Assembly: GCA_016198415.1 (NCBI GenBank)
Contig: JACQIO010000014.1
Location: 1 to 51,258 of the forward strand
Length of the DNA: 51,258 nucleotides
From: Candidatus Berkelbacteria bacterium
GTDB lineage: Bacteria > Patescibacteriota > UBA1384 > JACPKC01
Direction: 5' to 3'
The notes under the pieces were generated by a model. It was not told where the DNA came from, searched no databases, and saw only the letters and a list, made by a program, of their open reading frames with translations. Below, piece by piece: positions 1 to 8,615 of this stretch. The position numbers and the translations under genes are program-made. Position 1 is the first letter of the stretch. Each line of letters opens with the position of its first letter.

Positions 1-131
1 AGCTTGGGCAGCGTGACGGAGTTGAGATGGGGCTTCAGCATCTGGCGACGGGCCTCGATGAGCTCGAGCCAAGTGCGCTCGCTCAGCGGCTTGGTCCGCA
101 CGAGCAGTTTCAGTCCAGTGGTCGCGGGCAT
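1..131 (-). CDS. Hypothetical protein, 5' part only (runs off window)
   Basis: ATG at 131 preceded by GAGGAGG; open frame MPATTGLKLLVRTKPLSERTWLELIEARRQMLKPHLNSVTLPK to the window edge; not in the ORF track. Confidence 0.7.
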   Translation of the reverse strand, partial: MPATTGLKLLVRTKPLSERTWLELIEARRQMLKPHLNSVTLPK

Positions 132-226
132 ACCCTTGACCTCCTCATGTAAACTAGGGAGGCGTACCTCCCTGCACCTCTTCTCTACGGACAAACCACG
201 CCACGGTCAAGCGGCCAGCACAGTTT

Positions 227-259
227 GAAGGCCCGAGACAGTCACCGTCTCGGGCCTTC
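227..259 (-). terminator. 13-bp stem hairpin after the 262-1059 gene
   Basis: GAAGGCCCGAGAC-AGTCACC-GTCTCGGGCCTTC immediately after the stop; no U-tract. Confidence 0.6.
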
Positions 260-261
260 GC

Positions 262-1059
262 CTACTCGCGGACGATGAGACCGCTCGGGCGCTCGACCCA
301 AGCGGGCACATGTCCTGCCAACTGCTCAATTTGGGCCGCATCGGCTGCCACGACGCGCTCGACTGCCTCGTACTCGCCACCCGTCTTGCGCATCTGGGCC
401 AGTTGTCGGAGTTGGCCGGCATCGAAGAGGAAACGCTGCCGGACTGGGGCCGGCACCTCCTCGCAGCCCTCAATCCCATGGAACCATGGGGCGCAGGCGC
501 CGAAGGCGGCGTTGCCCCAACCGTAGGCCCAGTTGCCCAGACGTTCCAACGCTGCGTGCGTCTCGGCCTCCGGCAGATCGGCACAGAGCCTGAGCCGCCT
601 GCCCCGGTAGAAGCTGCGCAAGCAGCGCCGGCAGAGGAAGCCGAGGAACTGGAGATCGTAGAACCAAGCGGCCTCACCAAGACCGTCACGGAGCGTTAGC
701 ACGGACTGCCGCAACTGCGCCGAGGCCAGCCACCAGTGTCGAGCCTCTTCCAGCGGTCCCTCAATCTCCAGGCGTTCCAAGGTCAGGACCGCTCGGCCCT
801 CACCCCGAATCTGGCCGATGGCGTAGCCGAGGTACTCCCAGTACGCCCGGCACATCTCCCGGTGCCAGATGGAGCTTCTGAGATCGTGGAGGCTCATGCC
901 AACCCGATCGCAGTCGCGGCGGCGCTCGAGCGGGAAGACCCCGTCGGCGTAGGCGTAGCGAAGGAACTGCCACCGAGCCTCGGCATCGGTATCGAACCGT
1001 TCCAGAAGATCGGCCAACCGGACCCAGATCTCCGGTGCATCGCGGGGGAGCCGATCCAT
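262..1059 (-). CDS. Hypothetical protein (265 aa)
   Basis: Long ORF with protein-like composition, G-rich SD upstream, followed by a hairpin; no motif recognised. Confidence 0.7.
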   Translation of the reverse strand: MDRLPRDAPEIWVRLADLLERFDTDAEARWQFLRYAYADGVFPLERRRDCDRVGMSLHDLRSSIWHREMCRAYWEYLGYAIGQIRGEGRAVLTLERLEIEGPLEEARHWWLASAQLRQSVLTLRDGLGEAAWFYDLQFLGFLCRRCLRSFYRGRRLRLCADLPEAETHAALERLGNWAYGWGNAAFGACAPWFHGIEGCEEVPAPVRQRFLFDAGQLRQLAQMRKTGGEYEAVERVVAADAAQIEQLAGHVPAWVERPSGLIVRE

Positions 1060-1137
1060 GGCACCACCCCCTTTCGGAGTATTAGAGAGCCCCTTGGGAG
1101 TACCAAGTGGCTACGGGTTCGTCAAGGGAGCGAGGGG

Positions 1138-1863
1138 TTAGCGCGGCCCGGGCCGGAAACCGCCCATCCCCTCGCGCCGACCGTCATCATCGGGGCGGGC
1201 TCTGGTGTAGCCCTCACGTTGGAGCACCGACTCACGCTGAAAGACATTGGTGCCGTGCGCTTCCCAGAGCCGATGCTGCTCGTCCCAAGAGATGGCGTAC
1301 GGATTGCCGGTCTTGCCGGCTCGGTACTGCCGATCGATTTCCGGGGATGGGAACGGGAACCGCTCGCTCCGAAGATCGTACGACGGCTTCCAGCCGTACT
1401 CCCTGAGATTGCCCAGATGCGGGATGAGGCCTTCTCGAACCATTCGCTCAAGCAGCTCGCTGGGGATCTGGTTGTGGCTGCCGGCGTTGAAGAACCCCAG
1501 GCCCATCAGCTCGCCCTGGTCGAGCCGAAGACTCCCCTCGGCCTGAAGCAGGTAGACGTCGTGGATGAGCCGATGTCCCTCAAACGTGAAGAGCTTCGGC
1601 GCCCAGTCGTCGGGCGTCTTCGGATCATGTTTCCAAGGAGTGATCCTCAGGTGGCGGCCGTACTCCTCTTTGAGTTCACGCAGCGCGGCGTCCCGGGAGT
1701 CTCGGTCGCCCTTCCTGGGCTCGATGCCTCCGCCGGGGAGTGAGTATTTGCCACTGGCTCGCTCAAGGCTGAGAAGAATGCTTCCGTAAGTTTTGTGGGG
1801 CTTCTTCCGACTCGTGTAGGGATAGACGACGACGGCGCGCCCGGTCCGTGGTTTGGGTGGCAT
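1138..1863 (-). CDS. NUDIX hydrolase family protein
   Basis: Nudix-like box LPGGGIEPRKGDRDSRDAALRELKEEYG; start moved to ATG 1863 because the longer track ORF overlaps a tRNA. Confidence 0.8.
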   Translation of the reverse strand: MPPKPRTGRAVVVYPYTSRKKPHKTYGSILLSLERASGKYSLPGGGIEPRKGDRDSRDAALRELKEEYGRHLRITPWKHDPKTPDDWAPKLFTFEGHRLIHDVYLLQAEGSLRLDQGELMGLGFFNAGSHNQIPSELLERMVREGLIPHLGNLREYGWKPSYDLRSERFPFPSPEIDRQYRAGKTGNPYAISWDEQHRLWEAHGTNVFQRESVLQREGYTRARPDDDGRREGMGGFRPGPR

Positions 1864-1894
1864 GGAAGCTCCTTGCAAGTTTGGATCTGGACGC

Positions 1895-1984
1895 TGGCGG
1901 TGGGGGAGGGATTCGAACCCTCGAGGAGCTTGCGCCCCTACCGCCTTTCCAAGGCGGCGCACTCGGCCACTATGCGACCCCACC
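1895..1984 (-). tRNA. tRNA-Ser(GGA), CCA encoded
   Basis: GGTGGGG acceptor stem, anticodon arm CCGCC-TTGGAAA-GGCGG, long variable arm, GGTTCGAATCC T-arm, ends GCCA. Confidence 0.95.
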
Positions 1985-1987
1985 ACG

Positions 1988-3493
1988 CTACGGGAGCAGA
2001 TCGGTGATCTTACCGAGTTCGCCAGCGTCGTACAAGGGATTGTGAGGAACCGGCCGGATGGTGTAGGAGAGACTCCGATACTGCACGAGTGCCTCGTCGA
2101 CTGCCTGCCGGCTGGCACGATCAAAGGCTGACGAGCGAAACAACTGGTCGAACTCCCGGAGTTGTTCAGGCAGCTTGGATGTCTGCCCGGGACCCAGGGC
2201 AGGTGGTCGATGGGCCTGTTCACCAGGATAGTACGGCACGTGGAGCAGCATCAACAGATCGGCCAAAGGGAGCTCGACGACCTCGCGCTCACCCGGCGCC
2301 CCGGCCCGCTCGAGCATCACGATCGTGAACCCGATCGGTGTGCTGGCTGATCGAGGTAGACCTGTCCCCGCACGGTGGGTGAGTGGGCTTCTCCCCGGCT
2401 CACTCCGCTGGTCTTCGAGCTGGGCCGCCAGACCAGCCAGCGATCCGCGCCAGAGCCGGTGCGACTTGGCAAGACCGAAGATCTCGTGCCAGAGTGGCTC
2501 GGTGTCTCGCGGTCCGGCTGAGAAGGCAACGCGCCTCAGCTCTTCGCGGGCTTTGGTCAACGGAGTGTGCTCCCGGGGCCTCTGACGCCGGGCATCGAGC
2601 GAGACCGGCTCCTCTGGCGTTCGCGGCGGGAGGCTCCGAGGTCCCTTTGACTCAATCGGATCCAGGTGGTACTGGAGCACCCGACGAAAGCTCTTGGGGA
2701 ATCCCAGATCCCGGGCCCTTGCCCGCGCATCGTTGGCGAGTTTCGTGAGCTCTCGCTCATCGGCGCCATAGGACCGGTAGCCCTGCCACTCAGCTGCAAA
2801 TTCCTGGATCCGGTTGAGGAACCGGCTGTCTCGGAGTGGGTGCTCGGGCGTGATCCGTTCCGCCGAGCCAGCGAGCGTGGCGAGCAGCGTGGCGAGCGGG
2901 AGCTCGGCGACGCGCGTCTCGGTCACCACGGAGACGACCACTTCCCCTAAGCGGCTGATGCTCTCCAGATCGACCGCCAACCGGGCGAACACCGTGTCCG
3001 GCGTCAATCGGTCCTGACGAGTCAGTTCACCACGGCTGAAGGCGGCGAGGTCGGCGAGTGGCACAACTCGAACTACCTTGATGGCCGTACCAATCTGCGG
3101 ATCAACGGAGAACGACTGTTGCCACGCCGCCGCAGTCTTCTCGGGTCGGGAAAACTTCTGTCCGTCAAAGCGCTCAAGGCGAAGTTCAGGCGGATCCTCC
3201 CACTCGTCCAACGCTGGAAGATCCGCAGCCTGCAGCGGCCGATGCTGGCGGCGAGCCTGTTCCTCCCAGACCGTGGTGGTTCGCCGCTCCTCCAATAGTG
3301 CTTGGGGCGGTTGCGGGACGGGCGTGGGCGTGCAGTCGACCCACGTCTCGGGCTGCAGTTCCTGGAGCGTGTCCATGACCACGTCCGACTCGTCCGTCTT
3401 GGCCTGTGCCTCAGGTTGAGATCGGGCACGCCAGGTGGCCAGGTCGATCACCTTCTGGGGCACCTCCGGCGTTGGCGAGAAGCCGTCAATCAT
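1988..3493 (-). CDS. Hypothetical protein (501 aa)
   Basis: Fills the space between two tRNA-Ser genes; GAGG upstream; acidic/Pro-rich N-terminus; no family recognised. Confidence 0.75.
   Translation of the reverse strand: MIDGFSPTPEVPQKVIDLATWRARSQPEAQAKTDESDVVMDTLQELQPETWVDCTPTPVPQPPQALLEERRTTTVWEEQARRQHRPLQAADLPALDEWEDPPELRLERFDGQKFSRPEKTAAAWQQSFSVDPQIGTAIKVVRVVPLADLAAFSRGELTRQDRLTPDTVFARLAVDLESISRLGEVVVSVVTETRVAELPLATLLATLAGSAERITPEHPLRDSRFLNRIQEFAAEWQGYRSYGADERELTKLANDARARARDLGFPKSFRRVLQYHLDPIESKGPRSLPPRTPEEPVSLDARRQRPREHTPLTKAREELRRVAFSAGPRDTEPLWHEIFGLAKSHRLWRGSLAGLAAQLEDQRSEPGRSPLTHRAGTGLPRSASTPIGFTIVMLERAGAPGEREVVELPLADLLMLLHVPYYPGEQAHRPPALGPGQTSKLPEQLREFDQLFRSSAFDRASRQAVDEALVQYRSLSYTIRPVPHNPLYDAGELGKITDLLP
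2007..2035 (-). promoter_or_regulatory. Putative sigma70 promoter for tRNA-Ser(GGA), inside the 3' end of the upstream CDS
   Basis: TTGTAC-17 nt-TAAGAT, about 22 nt upstream of the tRNA. Confidence 0.5.
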
Positions 3494-3557
3494 CGATGAA
3501 CCTCACGGAGTATCGCCAGCATCGACTCTTCGTGTCGAGGCTGGCGAGTCGATACTT

Positions 3558-3649
<92 letters not shown>

Positions 3650-3660
3650 GAGAACCAGCG

Positions 3661-3689
3661 ATGGTAGCAAGATTGCGTCCGGATGTCGA
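3661..3689 (-). promoter_or_regulatory. Putative sigma70 promoter for tRNA-Ser(TGA)
   Basis: TCGACA-17 nt-TACCAT with TGn extension, 11 nt upstream of the tRNA. Confidence 0.55.
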
Positions 3690-3737
3690 TCCCTGCTTCC
3701 ATCTGTTACGATACATGGAAGCAGCCAGGAGGGGAAT

Positions 3738-4274
3738 GTGGCCAAACGACGAACAGAGCGACAACCAGCCTCGGCCGTTGACGAACTCTCGGGCGCCGAC
3801 GCCAGTGCCGAGTGGATTGCCTGGGAGGCTCCGGCCTACCGTCCCGCCCAGCGGGGCTGGTGGTGGTATGTGATCTTAGCGGTTGTGGCGGCCGTGGCCG
3901 TGGCGTACTTCTACGTCTATGACGATCGGAACTACTCGGCGATGGCCGTGGTCCTGGCAGCGCTCGTCTTACTCATCCAGCAGTCACGGGAGACGCCGCC
4001 AACGCTCCGCTACGAGCTGGGAGCACGAGGCTTCCAGGTGGGGGATCGACGCTACGGCTGGGATGAGCTGAAGAGTTTCTGGCTCTCTGAGGCTCAGTCC
4101 GGGGCGCACCACCTCTACCTTGAGACAACCAGCCGCTGGAACCCGGTCCAGACGATCCACTTGGCCAACGTCGAACCCGGCGACCTCCGCACCCGCTTGA
4201 GCCAACACCTTCCCGAACACCCCACCCGCGGCGAACTCTTCACCGATACGCTGATCCGCTGGTTCAAGCTCTAG
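3738..4274 (+). CDS. Two-TM membrane protein, DUF5673-like (common in CPR)
   Basis: GTG start after AGGAGG; WEAPAY..RGWWWY, two TM helices, then YELGARGFQVGDRRYGWDELKSFWL. Confidence 0.7.
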   Translation: MAKRRTERQPASAVDELSGADASAEWIAWEAPAYRPAQRGWWWYVILAVVAAVAVAYFYVYDDRNYSAMAVVLAALVLLIQQSRETPPTLRYELGARGFQVGDRRYGWDELKSFWLSEAQSGAHHLYLETTSRWNPVQTIHLANVEPGDLRTRLSQHLPEHPTRGELFTDTLIRWFKL

Positions 4275-4342
4275 GATCGAACCCGTGATCTAGCCACGCA
4301 CTCCGTTTCCAGTAGTATCCAAGCAAAGGAGAAGGAGTGCTT

Positions 4343-5602
4343 ATGGATCGTGAACTCAACAATCTGATCGAGCAGGAAGCCACCCGCCAGCGGGACGGTC
4401 TAGAGATGATCCCGTCAGAAAACTACGTCTCCCGGGACGTCCTGGCCGCCCTTGGCTCGATCCTGACCAACAAGTACTCGGAAGGCTACCCGGGCAAACG
4501 CTACTACGGCGGCTGCGAGTTTGTGGACGGGATCGAAAACCTGGCGCGAGAACGGGCTCAGGCGCTCTTTGGCGTCACCCACGCCAACGTCCAACCCTAC
4601 TCCGGCTCCCCGGCCAACCTGGCAGTCTGCTTTGCCCTCTTGCAACCGGGCGAGACGCTGATGGGCATGCAGCTGGCCTCCGGCGGCCACATGACCCACG
4701 GCCTGGCGGTCAACTTCTCCGGCATCTACTACCATTCTGTCCAGTACACCGCCCGCGCCGATGGCTACCTGGATCTGGACGAGATGCGGGCACTCGCCAA
4801 GGCGCACCGGCCCAAGTTGATCATCGTTGGCGGCACGGCCTACCCCCGCGTCTACGAATGGGCCAAGTACAAAGAGATTGCTGACGAGGTCGGGGCTTAC
4901 CTGATGGCCGATATCTCTCACATTGCTGGCTTAGTGGTGGGCGGCGTCCACCCCTCGCCAGTGGGCATCGCCGATGTCATCACCACGACCACGCATAAGA
5001 CGCTGCGCGGTCCACGCGGGGCGATGATTCTCTGCGACGGCGAGCCGAGCAACTTCCTCAAGGCACCACCGGAGCAATCACGCCAGTACCTGCCGACGAT
5101 GATTGATCGCGCGATTATTCCGGGCCTGCAAGGTGGGCCACATAACCACCAGACGGCGGCAATCGCGGTGGCGCTCCACGAGGCGGCTCAACCCGAGTTC
5201 AAGACCTACGCGGCTCAGATTGTGGCGAACGCTCAGGCCTTAGCGATCGCCCTCATGGAACGGGGTTACACGCTCGTGACGGGTGGCACGGATAACCACC
5301 TGATGGTCGTCGATCTCACCAATAAAGGTATCACCGGTAAGCAAGCTGAGAAGGCCCTCGATGCCGCTGGCATCACCGTCAACAAGAACACCGTCCCCCG
5401 CGATCCCCGCAAACCCTTCGATCCATCCGGCATTCGCCTCGGCACGCCAGCGCTCACGAGTCGGGGGATGAAAGAGGCGGAGATGACCCAGATTGCCGAG
5501 TGGATCGACGACACCCTTTCGCATCGCGACGACGCCGATCGGCTTGAGGCGATCAAGCGAGAAATCGCCGACTTCACCCGCGGCTTCCCACTGCCGGCCT
5601 GA
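4343..5602 (+). CDS. glyA: Serine hydroxymethyltransferase
   Basis: [46 protein letters not shown] (PLP lysine), SGIRLGTPA. Confidence 0.98.
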   Translation: MDRELNNLIEQEATRQRDGLEMIPSENYVSRDVLAALGSILTNKYSEGYPGKRYYGGCEFVDGIENLARERAQALFGVTHANVQPYSGSPANLAVCFALLQPGETLMGMQLASGGHMTHGLAVNFSGIYYHSVQYTARADGYLDLDEMRALAKAHRPKLIIVGGTAYPRVYEWAKYKEIADEVGAYLMADISHIAGLVVGGVHPSPVGIADVITTTTHKTLRGPRGAMILCDGEPSNFLKAPPEQSRQYLPTMIDRAIIPGLQGGPHNHQTAAIAVALHEAAQPEFKTYAAQIVANAQALAIALMERGYTLVTGGTDNHLMVVDLTNKGITGKQAEKALDAAGITVNKNTVPRDPRKPFDPSGIRLGTPALTSRGMKEAEMTQIAEWIDDTLSHRDDADRLEAIKREIADFTRGFPLPA

Positions 5603-5603
5603 G

Positions 5604-5715
5604 GTTCCACTCCCCACCATTCCACTCGCGAGTGGAATGTGAAATGTGAGGGCTCCGACCAGACTTCCACCTCCCCAACATCCACTTCTCAAGTGGAAAT
5701 GGGGATGTGGAAGTC
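5604..5715. repeat. Two tandem imperfect ~50-bp palindromic units with TTCCAC/GTGGAA cores
   Basis: Perfect 22-bp palindrome CATTCCACTCGCGAGTGGAATG (5618-5639); second unit GACTTCCAC...TCCACTTCTCAAGTGGA...GTGGAAGTC (5662-5715). Confidence 0.8.
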
Positions 5716-5729
5716 GGTACGAACGGAGG

Positions 5730-5772
5730 CATGGTGAAGGCGGCCTTGCGGCCGCCTTCGATTGTGCCCTCC
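5730..5772 (-). terminator. Repeated cassette-end hairpin, copy 1
   Basis: GAAGGCGGCC-TTGC-GGCCGCCTTC (5736-5759); 5730-5760 is identical to 7331-7361. Confidence 0.75.
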
Positions 5773-5800
5773 GGAACCCTCGGCTTCCCTCTCCAGACGC

Positions 5801-6313
5801 CTAGCGGGAATGGGGCGCGGTGCGCAGCATCCCGCGGATGTAGCGCTGCTCGTCCTCCGTCAACTGGTGGCTCAGGTCCTCGAGCAGTGCCACCGTCAAC
5901 TGGGACGGCGCATACCCCAGATCCCGAAGCTTGGTCTCCAAGTAGTGAGGGATGAAGTCGAGATGCCGGTAGATCCTTTGCCCAACGTGGCCAGGCGTCA
6001 GGACTACGTCCTCCCACCAGTCGACATCCCCCTTCAAGAAGTGGGTGTAGTGGATCGGGTGACGGAGTCTCCGAAACCCCTTCTCGACGACGGTCCGCAC
6101 CGCGGAACCGCTGATGCCGGCCGCTACACCGACCAAGCGCTGACTGAGGACGACGGCACCAGTCTCCACGTACAGCCCTCGGGCCAGGAAACGCTGCCTG
6201 GGCGTGAGCATCTTGAGCATCCGCTCCTCCACCTCGCCCATACCTTGATCACCGAGGAGTTCGAGAATCTCCTCCTCGGGGGACTCCCCGAAGACGGCTC
6301 TGAACAGCCGCAT
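5801..6313 (-). CDS. Sigma70 region-4-like HTH protein (170 aa)
   Basis: ATG after GGGAGG; LTPRQR...VG...VR....KGFRRLRHP matches the spacing of RpoD domain 4. Confidence 0.65.
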   Translation of the reverse strand: MRLFRAVFGESPEEEILELLGDQGMGEVEERMLKMLTPRQRFLARGLYVETGAVVLSQRLVGVAAGISGSAVRTVVEKGFRRLRHPIHYTHFLKGDVDWWEDVVLTPGHVGQRIYRHLDFIPHYLETKLRDLGYAPSQLTVALLEDLSHQLTEDEQRYIRGMLRTAPHSR

Positions 6314-6408
6314 AATGCATCCTCCCTTCACGGGCAAGCAACCACAGGTGTTCTCACTGGATGCGCGTGATTGCTACCGAGATGTTATAGGACAAAGGGA
6401 AACCAGTG

Positions 6409-6436
6409 ATTCTACCTGTCCTTCTTGGGTTGTCAA
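6409..6436 (-). promoter_or_regulatory. Sigma70 promoter for 5801-6313
   Basis: TTGACA-16 nt-TAGAAT. Confidence 0.7.
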
Positions 6437-6454
6437 GTTGGACGTGGACGTAGA

Positions 6455-6491
6455 GAAGGCGGCCGGTTGGCCGCCTTCGATTGTGCTCTCC
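6455..6491 (-). terminator. Repeated cassette-end hairpin, copy 2
   Basis: GAAGGCGGCC-GGTT-GGCCGCCTTC followed by GATTGTGC as in copy 1. Confidence 0.75.
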
Positions 6492-6506
6492 GCTCGCGCG
6501 CGGTCC

Positions 6507-7205
6507 TTAGCCCCTGGCGTCGGTCGGCCACCCGTTTCTCTCGTTGAGGCGTTCCCGCCACCGGACGACGTCCCGGACCTGGAAGACCGGGATTCCCGGG
6601 CAGGCCAGAGCGACCAGCTGGGCGTTCGACGGATTAGTCCAGATCTCGTTCACCATCTCCAGATCGTCCTGCTCCAAGCAGGTCTGGAAGCGGGTGTTGA
6701 CCAGGATGAGGCTGCCCTCGATCGCCCCCACGAGCTTGCCCACGCCCTGGACCTGCGCCGCCTCGAGATCGACGTACAGCTCTCCGGACTCTACGAGATT
6801 TCCACGTTGGATCTCGAGTAAGACGAGGTAGAGGTCGCCTTCGACGGACACGTTGCGGAGGTTGAGTCGTGCTCCCCGTCCGGCAAACGTCAGGTCGCGG
6901 ATGTCCAGGTCGCCTTCGACGGTCAAGCCCTCCAGATCGAGCGTGCCGAGGAAGACCTTCTGGCCGTTCGGCTCCATGTGCTCCGTACGGAACCTCGTGA
7001 GCCCCAGGTCGCCCTCGACGATCACCGAGCTTGGCAGACCCATGCTCTCGAGCGAGATGCGAATGACTATCTCTTTCCTTACGCTGCTCGCGCCCACTCG
7101 CGTGCCGAGCTCGTCCATCCTCGCCTTCTCCTCGTCGTAAGCGCGATCGAGCGCCGTGTCGAAGGCCTCCGTGAACGCTTCGGCCGAGATTCGCTGCTCC
7201 TCCAT
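6507..7205 (-). CDS. Hypothetical protein with VEGDL repeats (possible beta-solenoid), 232 aa
   Basis: ATG after GGAGGAGG; IVEGDLGL, TVEGDLDI, SVEGDLYL, AIEGSLIL. Confidence 0.75.
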   Translation of the reverse strand: MEEQRISAEAFTEAFDTALDRAYDEEKARMDELGTRVGASSVRKEIVIRISLESMGLPSSVIVEGDLGLTRFRTEHMEPNGQKVFLGTLDLEGLTVEGDLDIRDLTFAGRGARLNLRNVSVEGDLYLVLLEIQRGNLVESGELYVDLEAAQVQGVGKLVGAIEGSLILVNTRFQTCLEQDDLEMVNEIWTNPSNAQLVALACPGIPVFQVRDVVRWRERLNERNGWPTDARG

Positions 7206-7279
7206 GTGAGTATCCTCCTCCGTCAGATTCGAATAGGAAATGTACACCGTGCTCGGCTGTCGCCCGCACGGGACCAAAA

Positions 7280-7308
7280 AACGTACCTGAAGCGAACCTG
7301 GAAGTCAA
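7280..7308 (-). promoter_or_regulatory. Sigma70 promoter for 6507-7205
   Basis: TTGACT-17 nt-TACGTT. Confidence 0.6.
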
Positions 7309-7330
7309 GGGAACATGGATTGAGTGCGGA

Positions 7331-7373
7331 CATGGTGAAGGCGGCCTTGCGGCCGCCTTCGGTTGCGCCCTTC
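7331..7373 (-). terminator. Repeated cassette-end hairpin, copy 3
   Basis: CATGGTGAAGGCGGCCTTGCGGCCGCCTTCG, identical to copy 1 over 31 nt. Confidence 0.75.
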
Positions 7374-7384
7374 ACCTCGCCCGG

Positions 7385-7558
7385 TTACTCCGGGCTGGAG
7401 AAGAGCTTGGGGAGGTTCTCGTCCGTCACATAGTGTTGGATGACCCGCAGGACGACCTCCTCCAGACTCAGGTCTGTGCGAGCAGCCACCCGTTCGAGCT
7501 GCTCCATGACCTCTGGACCTAGCTCATCCGGGCCAACGATGAGGATGATACCCGACAT
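7385..7558 (-). CDS. Small ribbon-helix-helix-like protein (57 aa, below ORF-track cut-off)
   Basis: GAGGAGGGG SD; MSGIILIVGPDELGPEVMEQLERVAARTDLSLEEVVLRVIQHYVTDENLPKLFSSPE; followed by hairpin copy 3. Confidence 0.7.
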   Translation of the reverse strand: MSGIILIVGPDELGPEVMEQLERVAARTDLSLEEVVLRVIQHYVTDENLPKLFSSPE

Positions 7559-7741
7559 GGCCCCTCCTCTGTTTCACCGCTTCCCTCGGTGCTCCGTACG
7601 GAGTCCTCCTCTGTCTACCAGAAACTCCCGGTGCTGGACAGGCTTGGGGTCTTCAAGTACGCTCGCCTGTCGATCTGAAGTGATGAGCTGGATCGGCATT
7701 AACATTCAGCATCCTATAGGTTCGAGGAGGAGGAAACGCGC

Positions 7742-8047
7742 ATGGCACGGTATAGCGTTGCCTGCCGAGGGGCCAATGGGGGCACGGTCGTCATCGCGGA
7801 AGCTCACTCTGAAGCCGGTCTGGATTTTCAGATTCGAGGCGCCATCGAGAAGGATCTTCGCAAAGGGTATCGGTGGAGCCGCAAAGAAGTGATCCTTGAG
7901 TTACGGCTCCGGTACGCTGCTCCTCAAGCCGAGATTCAGGCGGTCCACGTCGACGTCCACGCGCTACGAAAAGTCGATGGCTGCCTGCTCAAGGTCATGC
8001 ATTTCAACCTATTTGTGTACGATCGCGGCTTCAGAACAGACTGCTGA
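7742..8047 (+). CDS. Hypothetical protein (101 aa)
   Basis: Strong SD GAGGAGGAGG before ATG. Confidence 0.65.
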   Translation: MARYSVACRGANGGTVVIAEAHSEAGLDFQIRGAIEKDLRKGYRWSRKEVILELRLRYAAPQAEIQAVHVDVHALRKVDGCLLKVMHFNLFVYDRGFRTDC

Positions 8048-8116
8048 ACGCTCCTAACCGGAGCGTCACGAGCAACCCGCCTCAGTGGCGGGAGGAAAGG
8101 AGGTGGAGAGGTTATC

Positions 8117-8542
8117 ATGTTGATTCTCGAGAATCAAACCGTGCGTCACGCACGGCATTGGATGGATGTCATTGGGCAGCCAGACTGGGAGCCACTCGCG
8201 GCCGAACCCGACAACGTCGGCACCCTCACGCATGAGGTCAAGCCGATGCTCATAAAGCTGGTCTCTGCCAGGACCGACATCCCGGAGTGCGACCTGGAGT
8301 TGGGCGAGACCAAGGTCTCGCCCAAGAGTCGCCAGCTCATGATCACTGGGCCCGATCGGGTCCTGGCTCACTTCTGGGTCCTGAGCGAAACCCAACATAG
8401 ACTGGCGATGCACCTCGACATGGAGCAAGCAGAGCAGAAGCGCCGCGCCGCCGAATGGACCGAGACGGAGGCTACGGCCGGGCGAGAGCTCGCGCCGGGC
8501 ATCCAGCTTGGCGGGACCAACCCGCGCGCTCGGCACGGCTGA
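8117..8542 (+). CDS. Hypothetical protein (141 aa)
   Basis: AGGAGGTGG upstream of ATG; followed by a perfect palindrome. Confidence 0.65.
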   Translation: MLILENQTVRHARHWMDVIGQPDWEPLAAEPDNVGTLTHEVKPMLIKLVSARTDIPECDLELGETKVSPKSRQLMITGPDRVLAHFWVLSETQHRLAMHLDMEQAEQKRRAAEWTETEATAGRELAPGIQLGGTNPRARHG

Positions 8543-8569
8543 GAGGACAACAGGGGGAAGGAACAGCAA

Positions 8570-8597
8570 GAGGCCCGGGGTGATCACCCCGGGCCTC
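8570..8597 (+). terminator. Perfect 28-bp palindrome, possible bidirectional terminator
   Basis: GAGGCCCGGGGTGATCACCCCGGGCCTC between convergent genes. Confidence 0.65.
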
Positions 8598-8615
8598 CAC
8601 TCATGTCTCTAGTAT

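Noticed and set aside
1864-2223. N-terminal extension of the 361-aa track ORF 1138-2223
   Set aside because: It runs through tRNA-Ser(GGA) and the upstream CDS; ATG 1863 gives a coherent Nudix protein
7247-7272. Leader hairpin CCGTGC-GGGCGACAGCCGA-GCACGG as a riboswitch
   Set aside because: A single short stem with no aptamer consensus that I recognise; an Rfam scan would settle it
5730-7373. Classical integron attC cassettes
   Set aside because: No RYYYAAC/GTTRRRY ends or extrahelical bases, no intI in the window, and the cassettes carry their own promoters
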